A program made the translations under genes and the position numbers. Positions 39,495-52,300 of a DNA stretch of 64,000 nucleotides are shown here, one piece after another; position 1 is the first letter of the stretch, and each line of letters begins with the position of its first letter. The stretch is from Tubulanus polymorphus (Eukaryota; Animalia; Nemertea), in NCBI RefSeq assembly GCF_964204645.1, contig NC_134027.1, positions 7,534,485 through 7,598,484 of the forward strand, given 5' to 3'. The notes beneath the pieces were generated by a model. The model worked only from the letters and a program-made list of their open reading frames with translations. It searched no databases and was not told the origin of the DNA.

Positions 39495-42400
39495 CTAGTT
39501 TTCATCAGTAAATGGTTTCACGCCGGCCAGTTTCGGAATCAGGTCACAGTAGATGTCGATACCCCGCAGGAAAATATCTTCATTCAAATATTCATTGTGG
39601 TCATGGAGCAATATGGGCGTGTTATTCATTGGAGAAAATCCAAGCGCTGGAATACCGACCTGGAAGAGAGAATAAAAGTTTGATATATTGAGGATAACTG
39701 CTCCATCGCATAAAATAGGCATTCACCTAAGCAAAGCAAATTATTAATTAATATATTATTCATAGCTGTATAATGAAAAGCAATAGCATATTTGAATAAA
39801 TCAGAATATATAACCAGTACCATAGCCATCAAGGAGGGTTGAAAATTTTCAAACTCTTCTACGTACATAATACTTACGCGCTTAAGGGTAATTAGGGGTT
39901 CAAATTAGTGAAATAAGGTACAAATATTTTCATTTTGAACAGTCCTGATGTGATCATTTGTAGATTCGATTTTTCAATTAGTAGGCTGGATAAAAGGCCA
40001 TGCACTTTTTAGTCATACCTGACGAATATACCGGCTGTCAGTAGCTGCAGGAAATACTTCTTTTCTTATTTTCAAACCCCTGTTAATTAGCATATCACAA
40101 GAAAGAATAAACTATTAATTGAATAAAACAGGCCATAAATACCTCACGCAAAAACTGCGAGTCAGTAGCTGCACAAAATATCTCCTTATTTATCTTCAAA
40201 TCCCTATAAACAGGCAGACACTAACGCTCACTATACAATATACATCAGTGTTTTTTTAAAAAGGCCGACTCCCATTCCGTGCAAAATGAAACCTGAAGAT
40301 AACGCAAGAAGTTCACAAAGACTTACATTTTCTTACAAGTGGAACTTAATGCATGCCACCATGGATAATCTTCATCAGTCCGTGTTACTACTTGCGTGTG
40401 ACATTGCTGCAAAATAACCAGAAAAGCAAAATGTTATCAATATCAATCTTTTAAAATCTTATCTATGACCAAAGAATGTACAATACTCTTTTCAACATTA
40501 TTGCTTGTCTTGAAGCTAAATATGCTGTTCTATATATGATAAATGATCTAAATATTTTTACTAGAAACTAGTATTTACTGGCAACTGATTTCAGAAAACT
40601 GCACTGATATTGTAACACTAGAAATACCTGGTTCCATTCAAAATTCACATCTTTTCCAGCATCTGTAGCCCATTTCTCGACCATAGATTGAAATTCGACT
40701 AAATCAGTAGTTGGCGGAACTCTCATATCGAATGCTGGAATTAGTATGTGTAAATAAGTGAGTATGTATGCCCTGAAGTGGGTTCCTTGACTTGACAGAT
40801 ACTGTACCTGCGGAAATTTCAGCTGGAACTACATTGTGCTGTACACCTCCCTACATAGAAACAGAAAACAGAGTTTTCTGTGTGTGATTATGCTACTAAA
40901 GTCTATTCATTGTACTGGTAGTATATGCATGTATGAAAATATACTTTTAATAAAATAAGCCTCTATTGTATGACATTTGTATTATACCTTTATAATAGTC
41001 ATATTAACAGATACAACATCTCCAATTGTCAAATTAGGGTCACTTTCTAGCCTGAAAATATGTAGAACATATTATTAAGATATCCAATGGGAAATATCAT
41101 GCTGATTCCAGCTTATTTTTATTGTTAAATGCTCACTTATTCTTCTGATCTGCCCGGAACGCCATGAACGAATTGATAACATTGTGCTGAAATGGATACA
41201 AAATGGCTGATGAAAATGATATGTACTTTATAGAAAAATATATGGCAATATATATAACTAAATATATAGAACTCGGGTGAAATCCTTACAATTTTCTCAG
41301 CAGCAGTGTTTTCAATAAATCTTGAACCATGTCCGGGATCACCATGGGCAGTCACAGTTATCCCTGCAAAAATGTGAACCAAAACTCTCAAAACCTAGAT
41401 CTCCCAACGGTGGGGAATGAATTAAACAGTTTTCATTGTTACGTACACCATGGCGATTTCTCTCCATAAAACACAGAAAAAACGTCGGTGGGAGATGCAA
41501 GCCCTAAATATAAGAGTTTAACAAACTTATCTCAGATACAAGCAAATGGTTAGCCAGTTCAATCAAATCAGTTTGAAAAAGTGAAGTTTACAACACAACA
41601 AGAAAATCTTCAGATTGGGTCAACATGAAAATTGATTCAATTCAATTCACCTTCATCCATAGCAAAACCAACATTCATATTCTTAAAATGTTCATGTTTA
41701 ACGAAAATTGCCATTCCTTTGAAGCCACCTACTTCCTCATCTGTGGAAAGAAATCACTTAGTCTTGAATCAATTAAGATCGAATAACAGAACTAATTCAA
41801 GATTTTAGCCTTTTGATTAATACAATTTACCTGGAACAAATGTCATATGTATTGTGCGTAAAAATCTCTTGCCTTGCTCTTTCAGTCTTCGAATAGCCTC
41901 GATATACCTAGCAGGAAAACCAGGTAATATAATTTCAACTATAATACAATAACCAATATAACAAAGATTGAGCTTTTTTATAATTTAACTCACTGTATTC
42001 CAACACATTTCATATCCTGTGATCCCCGTGCAATTATATCACCGTTTTCAGTTTTCTTAGCTTCAAAAGGATCACACGCCCAATGTTCCTTTGGGATGAA
42101 AAACAATTTCAACTTTAGTCTTTTTTCTGAACAGCTTTTGCGCTGGTTATTCAAATTTGATAGAAGTTTATTAATTCTAGCGTTCATCTACTTACTGGAA
42201 AGACGGGAACCACGTCTATATGTGAATTGAGCATTATAGATGGTAACGAGGGATCTTCACCTTCCCATGTTATAATCACCACAGGTTCCTTACCAGTTAC
42301 CTATTCAATATATCAGTCATTATGAATATAATGAGCTCAAATACAAATTTCAATGCGACTGTTCAAGAAAAACCTTAGTGCCAGTGGTATGACGCTCCAT

Positions 42401-42770
42401 CATGACCCCTACGAGCACTTCATTATATGCCGGTATATTAAGTGCCACAAACTGGACACTTTAAGGACTGGTTGAATGCGACTGGAGTCATCTATATCTG
42501 AAACTCACATAGATAATTGAGCAAGGCAGATCTAGCTCCCGGGCCATTTTCTGTAGAAAAATCACGGCACTTTCTGAAATGAGAAATCCATAGCTAATTA
42601 TCAGGTAAGAAATGTTTGCATCGGTGAATTGCTCAAATAGTCATAATTCAATTCATACCATAGTCAGGATTTGGATGAACCGTTTTACATCTTAAATATT
42701 CTCTGAAATTGGTGACTGCTTGGTCTTCAGCTTTATGTTTTTTAGAAACACCAGAATTGTCGGTCGGCAT
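39495..42770 (-). CDS. ACY1: Aminoacylase-1 (M20A metallopeptidase), multi-exon, with a duplicated exon pair
   Basis: [68 protein letters not shown] and [23 protein letters not shown]. Confidence 0.96.
40019..40079 (-). CDS. ACY1: ACY1 alternative exon B ([20 protein letters not shown]), 61 nt
   Basis: CAG|G GGT...CAG|GTATGA; canonical ACY1 motif. Confidence 0.9.
40143..40203 (-). CDS. ACY1: ACY1 alternative exon A ([20 protein letters not shown]), 61 nt
   Basis: TAG|G GAT...GAG|GTATTT; same length and phase as exon B. Confidence 0.85.
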
Positions 42771-42907
42771 ACTGCGTTTTTTCGATGACTTTCGATTATT
42801 CAGTAATTGGAACTGGTTTTATCTAGATAGAAAGATGTTAATTAATCTTATAATGTCTGAGGTGAAAATCCCCCACGGCCACATCAGATCAATATGAAGG
42901 CCTACTA

Positions 42908-43368
42908 ATGTCTATTTCAACCTGACTTGAGAGCATTCCGGGTGGCCTAGCTCGCTCATTTTAGGTAATGGTCTGATAAAGGTCTACATAGGACCAGAAA
43001 GGACAGGCAGTCGACCTTTAACATTGTTTTTTAATCCTCATTAAACTTTATTGAAGGATATCCAGTGAAGTTTGGTCAACTGAAGTTTGGTGTGTAGGCA
43101 TGGAAACATATTGTTTTAACCTTTTAAATCAAGGAGTCACTTCTCTTCATTTAACCCCTTTCAGTGAACACTTTTTGCCTTTGGATATCCTTCAATAGCA
43201 ATACAGTTTACACAGTTACACAATATTGACAATGGATTAAAAATGATGATTTAGGTCTACTGCCAGTCCTTTCTGGTCCTACTAAGATCTTTATCATCAG
43301 GTGTGTACTACCAAAAATGAGCGAGCTAGGCCACTCGGAATGCTCTCAAGTCAGGTTGAAATAGACAT
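42908..43368. mobile_element. Palindromic MITE with long TIRs and probable TA target duplication
   Basis: ATGTCTATTTCAACCTGACTTGAGAGCATTCCG(G/A)GTGGCCTAGCTCGCTCATTTT is inverted at both ends (~55 bp, 1 mismatch); further internal inverted arms (taggaccagaaaggac / gtcctttctggtccta; tattgaaggatatcca / tggatatccttcaata). Confidence 0.9.
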
Positions 43369-44090
43369 TACTCTACTACACATACAACTACTAGACTACA
43401 ACATGTCAACAGATACCACCCAGCAGGAGCCAAGCCCCAAACGCATATGTTAGCAAAATGCAACAACCCACTCTTAGAAGGATTTTATGGCTTGGCACAG
43501 AAGGGGTAATATAACACACAGTAAGTAAATTATCAATAATCAAGGTCCCAATATCCGATGAATTTTTGAACCCGGAAATAATGGATCAACGACCTTGAAA
43601 GTGAATATTGTACTATTTATCGCCAATAACTGGTCTCGCACTTTTGCTAAATTTACTCACTTCCCTGCGCATGCATCGCGTGACATTTCCATTATCTTGT
43701 CTGAATCTGTGGTTCGTGTTCCGTTTTTTGCCTTTTGAAAAATCAAATGGATCTACCATAGTTTACCGTATACATCGTTTGAGGATTCGGTGAAATCGGG
43801 TTCATAGACCTGGGCCGGCGCGGCCGGCATAGGCCCTGCGCCCGCACCACCGGGTGAATCACACTGTGCTGATTGATAACAAAACCCTGTTTTTCCTCAA
43901 TAACTCAATGAAAGGGCAAATGCGAATTGTTCCCGACCCTGACAAATCCATGACCACCACAGGCCACACTCGCTCCGGCGTCCTAAACGGTCTTCTTACG
44001 AAAAAATTGGTGAACTCTAAGTAAAGTATTTCAGATTTATTGCAAAATGTATTCGATTGTATTTTTTCAAAAACCCAGTGTGCACAGTGG

Positions 44091-46817
44091 TCAAGCGTTT
44101 CCTCTTGACAACGATATTTTACGCATCTCGAGCACCATAGCATTGACTGCTGCGAATATTTCTTCTCCTGAAGGTTTTATATGATCTGGGCTAATGAGAA
44201 ACCCGGACCCCATGAAGTTTCTGCTGGGACGAAGCTCCAAACCAAACGCATATTTCACGCCATTCGCTTTCAACCAGTCCATTTTCGTCCCAGACGCAGG
44301 ATCTAAAAGAATTCGTTGAATAATTATCTACACGTATTTTTACTTTGAAGTCAACTCCACAGTATCAACTTACAGATTATTTCCGGTGGGCTCCCAGCTT
44401 TCCAATGGTGACCGCTTGACTCAAATATTGCATTTGTTGCCGCTAATGAAACTTGCATCTGTTTATCAGAATTCAGAAAATAAATCTTCTGTGTAATAGA
44501 TTAGTTCAGATATTATTTCGCATTTTTATCAATACCAAATTTCATTTACATAAAATCTTACCAGATCTGCTCTATCAGCTGGATGTGTAAGTTCAGACGA
44601 CCATGGTATCATCCATAGTTCAGAGTAGGCATGCATAGACACTACGGCTTTTAGTCGTCCGTTTTTCAGTAGTTTCAGCATTATGTCTCGTACGTTCTGA
44701 GTTTCTGGCTCGGAAAATGCAGCAGGACCACCGTAATCATCAAAACACTGACCCGGGTTGGTCTCTGAAATGGACATCACCGCAAACATCATTTCATGCA
44801 CTTCATACGTGTATTTTTTCCTTAGAGGCCGCATTGGAATTTTCCTTGGATTGTATAATGATTCACTAATTAATCGAAAAATGAGTCCACTACCCCTGAT
44901 AACTAACCATTCCACCTGTAATCCCAATTTCTATTCAGATCTACACCGTGAAAAAAACAATCATCATCGCCTTCCTCCAACAGGTCTGGGTTAACCGGTC
45001 TTTTATTTTTCCTCCACATACGACTCTTGTAAAAAAAAACCAATGAATTTGAGCAACAATTTCCCAAGAAAAAATCCTTCTTTCGAATCAGCACCAATAT
45101 TATGATCTGCGTTGAATGGATATACCGGTATGATATGTTACCTCTCCACCTTTGAACGTCATTTCATAACCATCGGGATTTTCAACGGGAAGGATATACC
45201 AGTCATACATTTCTAATAGGTATCTAGACTTCCCTGTCCAGTAACCTTCGGTTAACTAAAACCCAAGATGTTGAAAAAATTACCGGGTGTTTTTCATACA
45301 ACGGTAAATTCGTAGTTTGATATACATGTATGCCAACCTTATGAATGAGATACAAAGCTGTTGCCGGAGCCAACCATTCCCGACTATGAATTCCCGCATC
45401 TATGAATATTATAGGCTTTGGTTTTGCAGACTTTAGACCCAGCTAGAAGACGCAAAAGCAAATGTTGTAAACATTTACTAAAATGTAATAAAATCAATTT
45501 TCATCAAATCTTAAAAAAGAGCTACGGTATTGAAAATGCGTTAACCTTGAAAACGATCATATCCCTCCCTTCTCGTGTCTTTCCGATATTCACTATTGTT
45601 GCAATATTCCACCACCTCCTCTGCATTTTTCTGAGCCATAGTACGATCTGAAGTAAGTTAACATACGTAACAAACATCGTTGTTTTGGGGTCTCGGTAAA
45701 TGAACTTGAAAATGTGCTTCATGGCAGAATGGGACATGTGAAATGAAAGCGATGTTATATCGAATAGCTATCATCACTATCCTTACCTCGCCGTATGTTG
45801 CATAATACGACAAAATGTAGTCTAAAGTTGGTCTGCTGAAAGTATGCTGTCTGGTAGATTTCAATTTTTCTTTTTTGTTCAGGTAATTCTCTTTCAACAC
45901 GGCTCTGTCAAATAAAAATATGTGTGTGTGAACTAAGGAGAAACAATTCGTTGAGAATACACCATCATCGCCCGGTGATGGAATCTAGTGAGACAGGGAA
46001 AACGTCGTGTCTTATGATTCTGATTTCAACACACTAAACTGTTAACATAGTGGATTGTATATATGATTCTTATTCAAAGACGGTTTCAGTTTTAGTTCCT
46101 TATATATAGACTTTCAATACGTTTTCAACTTAAACATCGGATTCGATCTATCAAATAGAAATACCTCGTACCTTAGAATATCTGTTCGAAACCATCACGT
46201 TGTTTATATTTATCTTACCTGCCAAGAGTTTTTTCTACTTCAGAAAATTCAATATTTCCTCTTTCCAATATGCTGATGACTTCATCCTTGGAGCTAGTAG
46301 GTATTACCGCTTCAGTTGGGACGTGTAAATTCGGTTCGAACCAAAAAACAACCTAGATTTTATCAACGGTACAGTAATTACGAGTTATTATTTTAGCGTT
46401 TTGCTGAGTGAATAATGGTGTAGTATTAAAAGCTGTAGAGATCAATTTATCTAAATTTGAAGCACTTTTTCGTGTTCATATAAGTTATACAATTGATACA
46501 ATAAATCTTAGAATATATCTATATAAATGAAAGGCCAGCGAAAAAAAGGATACTTACATTTTTACTTTTCAATCCTTTCACTATTGATAATTCAATGTCA
46601 GAAGTCGGAGAAATTCGAAATATGCTATCCCTAAATAGATCATATAGTCAACTACAGCGTTTCCTTTTATATATCGAATAAAGTAAATCGGTAACGCGGC
46701 CTATTTCCTTACTGACTTACTCACACATTTATAAAACGCTTATGTTATTTACCTGGTTAGGTCTTCACATGCTCCTAAAGCGAGTACACAGAACAGGATA
46801 AAGAAGACCGCCATCAT
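44091..46817 (-). CDS. Secreted zinc carboxypeptidase, M14A (A/B-like), with signal peptide and propeptide
   Basis: Signal [17 protein letters not shown]; [41 protein letters not shown] and ELRP motifs. Confidence 0.93.
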
Positions 46818-47123
46818 TCCAGAATGGTGACAGCTTTAAACATGAGCGGATACTGACATCGGTTGCACATCGTATACCAAAAACTCGGCCGATGCAAATT
46901 AAGCTCATAGTTTTTGACAGAGATCTATGGTGAATACAGCCAATTTTCAGTCAGTAATTTTGATATGACCTACGTAGCTATATTTATCTAGAATGATGTT
47001 CAGTGGTCGTTTGTGTATGGTAATTATGCCTTTGAAATGTAGCAAAAAACCAATTATTGCATTAATATGTCACGAGGATAAAATACCGCAATTCTGCCCG
47101 TTTGAAGTTTTTCTCTTACAACG

Positions 47124-47311
<188 letters not shown>

Positions 47312-49380
47312 TTTACTTTTAACTCTGTCCACCAAAGATGCGCTTGAAAATAAGCGCATTTTCCTCATCCCAATTAAACAATTTACATAAATAACTTCTG
47401 TTGTTCTGTTCTAACTGAAAATTCATTCCACTGAAAGAATAAAGAAGTTTCCAGTTTCTAGGCGCCATTTTGTGGCGGTCCCGCGAGGTCCCCATTGTTG
47501 CGATAATTTGCGCTCATTTTTAAAACATACGTTTAGATTGAATATCATATAGTTCTGCAGTCCCTTGCTCGACGAAATCAATTTACACACCATTTTAAAG
47601 GAAATGAAATGCAGATATTTGCTGGCGATTCTTGGAATTTTTGAACGCAACAATTGAGAACAGTGACGATGTGAAACCAAGGACCGCATATCTTAACCGT
47701 GCGTAAAAGAAATCGCAATATTTATTAATTTTAAAATATCTTAGTATCTCTTAAAGCTATATTTCCAATTTTCACAGAGGTTAAAGAGGGTTATTTGCAG
47801 TTAAAGCCTGCGTTGAATTTTTTAAAATATATTTCCTGACGACTGATCTGTACCCGCTTGAGTTTGAGATTACGCAAAAGGGGTCTCCCACTGCGCATTG
47901 CAATTTCACTGAACATTGAGATTTGCGACAAGAAATTTTTAAATGCAATTTGATTTCTTCACATTTTCCATGGGGATATTTTGAGATGATAATCCATATC
48001 TTCTTTGTACCGTATTTTGGCGGGAGCAATTCGTTAATCTGGTTTCGGGATCCGGTTTGTCCCGCTATTGAAGTGTGAACGGCCCAGTTGAGGAATTGTC
48101 GTATACAGCCCGTCCAGCCTAGCGCCGATTTTGTGTTCGGTGAAATCAAACGTTTTAGAGTCGATGGTGAAATGTGCCAGTCAATTTAAACGCTTAGGAT
48201 ATATTTAACACATATCTCTCTCTGGTAATCCCTCATTCTGGGATCATACGATGAATTTAATGAATCTCAACCTTCTTGCTGGAAAACATCGACCAGAAAA
48301 CCTTACTGATATAAAATTCCAATATAATATTTAAAGGGGTTCATATCTGTCCCCATTTGATATTCTGTTTTAGGGGGTCAACGTCCAGTTTGGCAACTTT
48401 CAGCTGCGCCGCATATTCAAAACTATATAAAAACTTAGATTTTTTTCTAGTGTCCAACCATGAGTGGTACATTCGGTTGAAATGAATTATCAATTGCACG
48501 CGTGTCTTACGGCGCCAACTTACGTATATTGACAAATTACGTATATTGACTTGCAAATTTGTGAGGATCCAGGATTACATAATCATTTGTTATTTTCATT
48601 GTGATCGAGTATCGTCGAAATGTCAGTGTTTGCTTTGTCGCGACACATTTTATTTAGAGCAGATCTATTAACTATGTAGGAACGATCTGGAATATTAAGG
48701 CGGTTATGTGTCGTACATGTCAAAAGGCGCTCCTCGTTCTTCCAGCGACAGTGCAAATATATCGTATACAAAATCCACTGTTATTTTCGTGAAAAGAAAT
48801 TTCCGTCAGCCCCCACTCGTACGAACTTTCGTTTCGTATAACAATCCGCTTTCGGTTTATTAGACGATAACATAGTTTGGTTTCAAAATCTTCAGGTGGT
48901 ACGCGTAAGAGAATCTAAATCGTTCAATTGTTCAGATTTACGTGGAGCTAATTTCGCCGACCGGGTCCTAGTTAAAGAGATTTCCCATAGACAATTATAA
49001 TAATAGGTGCGCGCTATAATAGTAAATAAATGCATGCACTCACTTTATTGCCTTGTTAAACACACCTACGGTTCTATCTACTTCACGAATATTTTCTCAC
49101 GGTAGGAAACACTTGCGCAGTAGATTTTATTTTCCCTGTTTAAGCACAGCTATGGATTTACCAAGATTTCATCGGTATAATTGAAGGTAAATATATATTA
49201 CATTTTTTAGATAGGAATTTGCGTCGAAAGGGTGGATTATATAGTAAGACATATGGTTCGCTGTAATTAGAAAGAACGTGATTTGAGTAATAATTTTTTA
49301 CATTCTTCGATAAAGTAATTAACGAAACCCAAAAGCTAATGAGCTGCTATTTTTGTTCATACAGATTTTATTTATTGATC

Positions 49381-52300
49381 ATGGAAATACGAGTAGAAAT
49401 GGAGAATGGTGTATCCGATCAAAACGCCAACATCCAGAATTCAACATCTTCATCAACTGCTAACGGGAGTAAATGGCATACGTCCGACTCGGTTGATGTC
49501 GCAAATCGCGCCGGATCGTTTGCACAGCCGGAATTAAAAAAGGACGTTGTAGATGTGCAAACCTGGTTAAAGGCTAGTGTTGATCACGGATTTATAAGGA
49601 TATATCCACCGGAAGCCTCATCGCGCCATTCCGAGTTGATCCCTTGCGGCCTAGAAACTACTGCACATAAAATCTGTCTTCAAATTGGCAAACCACCGAA
49701 TTCCCTTCACGTACAGTTTCACGGTGACGTCATACGACGACTGGACCCCGAGGAGTGCCCTCTAGCGATGCAAAGCGGATATCTAGAAAGTATCGGGTAT
49801 ACAGACACTTGCCGAATACAGGAAGAGGGTCCTAAAGAGGAATTACGCTATCTAGTTAAATTCTATTCGGGTAAGTGCTTTCTCCTTTATGATTAATGCG
49901 AAAATCATTTGCATTATGTACATATTTTAGTTATTTTTCAACGGTTTTAATTTCTTTATTTACCGGTAACTATATGTATTACACGTATATCACGTGTATA
50001 TATTTCAATCCATTCGGCATGGGGTTTGTACCCTAAAATACTATTTAGAATAGTTTTTTACATTGTCACAATCGTTGCGGGTAAAGCCATTGATTTGACT
50101 GGGTATAGAATTTTCGAAATATTTCAGTACTTACTGTAATGCCTAAAATACAATACCTTTTCTAGATAAGTACACGAATGCACGAGACTTTTATATGTCC
50201 CCCTTGAAATGGCTCTTGAGGACAAGCACACATTTGCGTATTCCAAATTGTAGTTGTTAGAAATCTACATCATAACAAAGACATTTTTTAATCGTACAAA
50301 ATGGTTTGCCTTTGGGGCCGGCTTTCTGAACAATTTTCCCCAACGAGGCGTTTTCTAGTTGTCTTGTAAGATGATCAATGAAAATTCTTCCTCGCTTTTT
50401 GCATATTGTTGTCTAATTCTAGTTCTTTCAAATCTCTTTTGAACACAGGCAAAATTTCCGATTATAGCACATATTCCAGACATCATCTATCCGGACTCTT
50501 ACATGTTCGGCAAGGGAAAATGTTAAAGCAATGGACTCAAAGATTCTGTGCAATATCGGGCACTAGATTATTGATATATAGAGGTAAAAATTGCCTATTT
50601 TCTACCATAAAAGATATGTGATCAACTTATTGAGTATGGATCTTTTATATTTGAAGATAAAACAAAAAACTACAAACCAACAATTATCCAACTCGCAAAA
50701 GGTTCGATTGAAACGGTAGAGATGAAGGGTCATCCTCTTTGCCTGAAGTTAACACCATCTGTTCAAGGAGAACGGTCTATTTATCTGTCGATAGGAAGTG
50801 AATCTGAATTCACAAAATGGTTGAAGAAGTGCAAAAAGGTGAGTAAAGAAAAGGTACGTATCTAACAATACTAACGCCAGGGATCGGTTAACTGTAGGTT
50901 ACATGATACAGTCCGTTCCATAAGACACCAGCAATTAATCTGCTAACAAAAATTAATTCATAATATTCAATCTCCATTTTGAGACGGATAATGATTGTTT
51001 TATGTTTGTAATGAATTGGTTTATCTACATTTTCAGGCAACTGCCAAACTTCCAACGCATGCAGATCTGTCAAACTGTCACCTAGAGGCGATTCCAGATA
51101 CTGTCTTTATGAATACGGACTTGCAAGTCTTGAATCTGCGTCATAACGTGTTACGAGAGCGCCCCCTGGACGATGACGCCTACACTATAGGATGGATAGA
51201 AGACATCACAAGGTATTTCATCTGCTAATGAGATATTTTTTGCAGCCGAAATGTCAATGTTCAAGGAATAGAGAGTAAATAGCAAAATTACGAATTTTCC
51301 AAAATTCGAGATTTCTAACCGAAATGGACATCTATCTTTTATTCAGGTTTCAGCGATTGAATATTTTGAATTTAGCGGACAATGACCTTGGACATTTCCC
51401 GAAAACATTGTGCGAGATGAAATCATTGACCGAACTCAATCTTTCTGGAAATCAGATTGATGAGATTCCAGCTGAAATAAAAGATCTCACAAAGTAGGAC
51501 CAAAAACAACCTACTCCGAACCATAAGATTTGAGATCTTCTGTTCAAAAGAACTGTATTCTTTTTTTCCAGCATGCAGTTGTTACATTTGCATAAAAACA
51601 GAATATCAGATTTACCAGAATCCATGGTCTGCTTGAATAAGCTAGTCACATTAGTTTTAGCGTTCAACCTGTTCTCCGACATACCAGACACGCTGCTTCG
51701 TCTAGTGGAGTCCTCGGTTTGCAAGGTAAAATATGGCGACAATGTTAGGAATCAGCATTTGAGAATTGAAAAGCCCATGGACGTATAACCGAGAGTATTT
51801 TCATAGTTTATTCGTCCGTGATAAGCCATTATGACATTCCTCTTTTTTTCAGATGGAAACGGTCATTATCTCTGGAAATAAAATCAGTCAACTTCCGCCA
51901 CGAGTCGTAAACAGAATGTCAAATCTGAAGAAAGCCGATTTTCGATTGAATCATTTGACCTTGTCAATGACAGAATCAATCAAGTTCACTTGTTTCGAAA
52001 ATCTAACGCATTTAGATGTAAGAGATAACCAGGTACGCGGGGATACACTAAAACCATTCAAGAATAAAGTATCATAAGCTGTAGTTTAACGAAATAAGAC
52101 GAGTTGATTTATTCCATTAATTCTAGGTTGGTGAATTATTGGACCTGCGGTTGTTGAAAGCTCTTGAATATTTGAATTGCGAAAGAAATCAAATAAATAA
52201 CTTACAACTAAATGGAACACAGCTCAAGTATATATATGCAGCGCATAACGGTGCGTATCGAAAATAAGTGAGAAAACTGCTTTATTTTCTGGACAATATT

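Noticed and set aside
27014-42770. RAB29 near an M20 peptidase, reminiscent of human RAB29-PM20D1
   Set aside because: The gene here is ACY1, not PM20D1, and HDAC6 intervenes; probably coincidence.
47400-48900. Possible DNA-transposon remnants between the carboxypeptidase and PHLPP genes
   Set aside because: Could not define matching termini or a target duplication.
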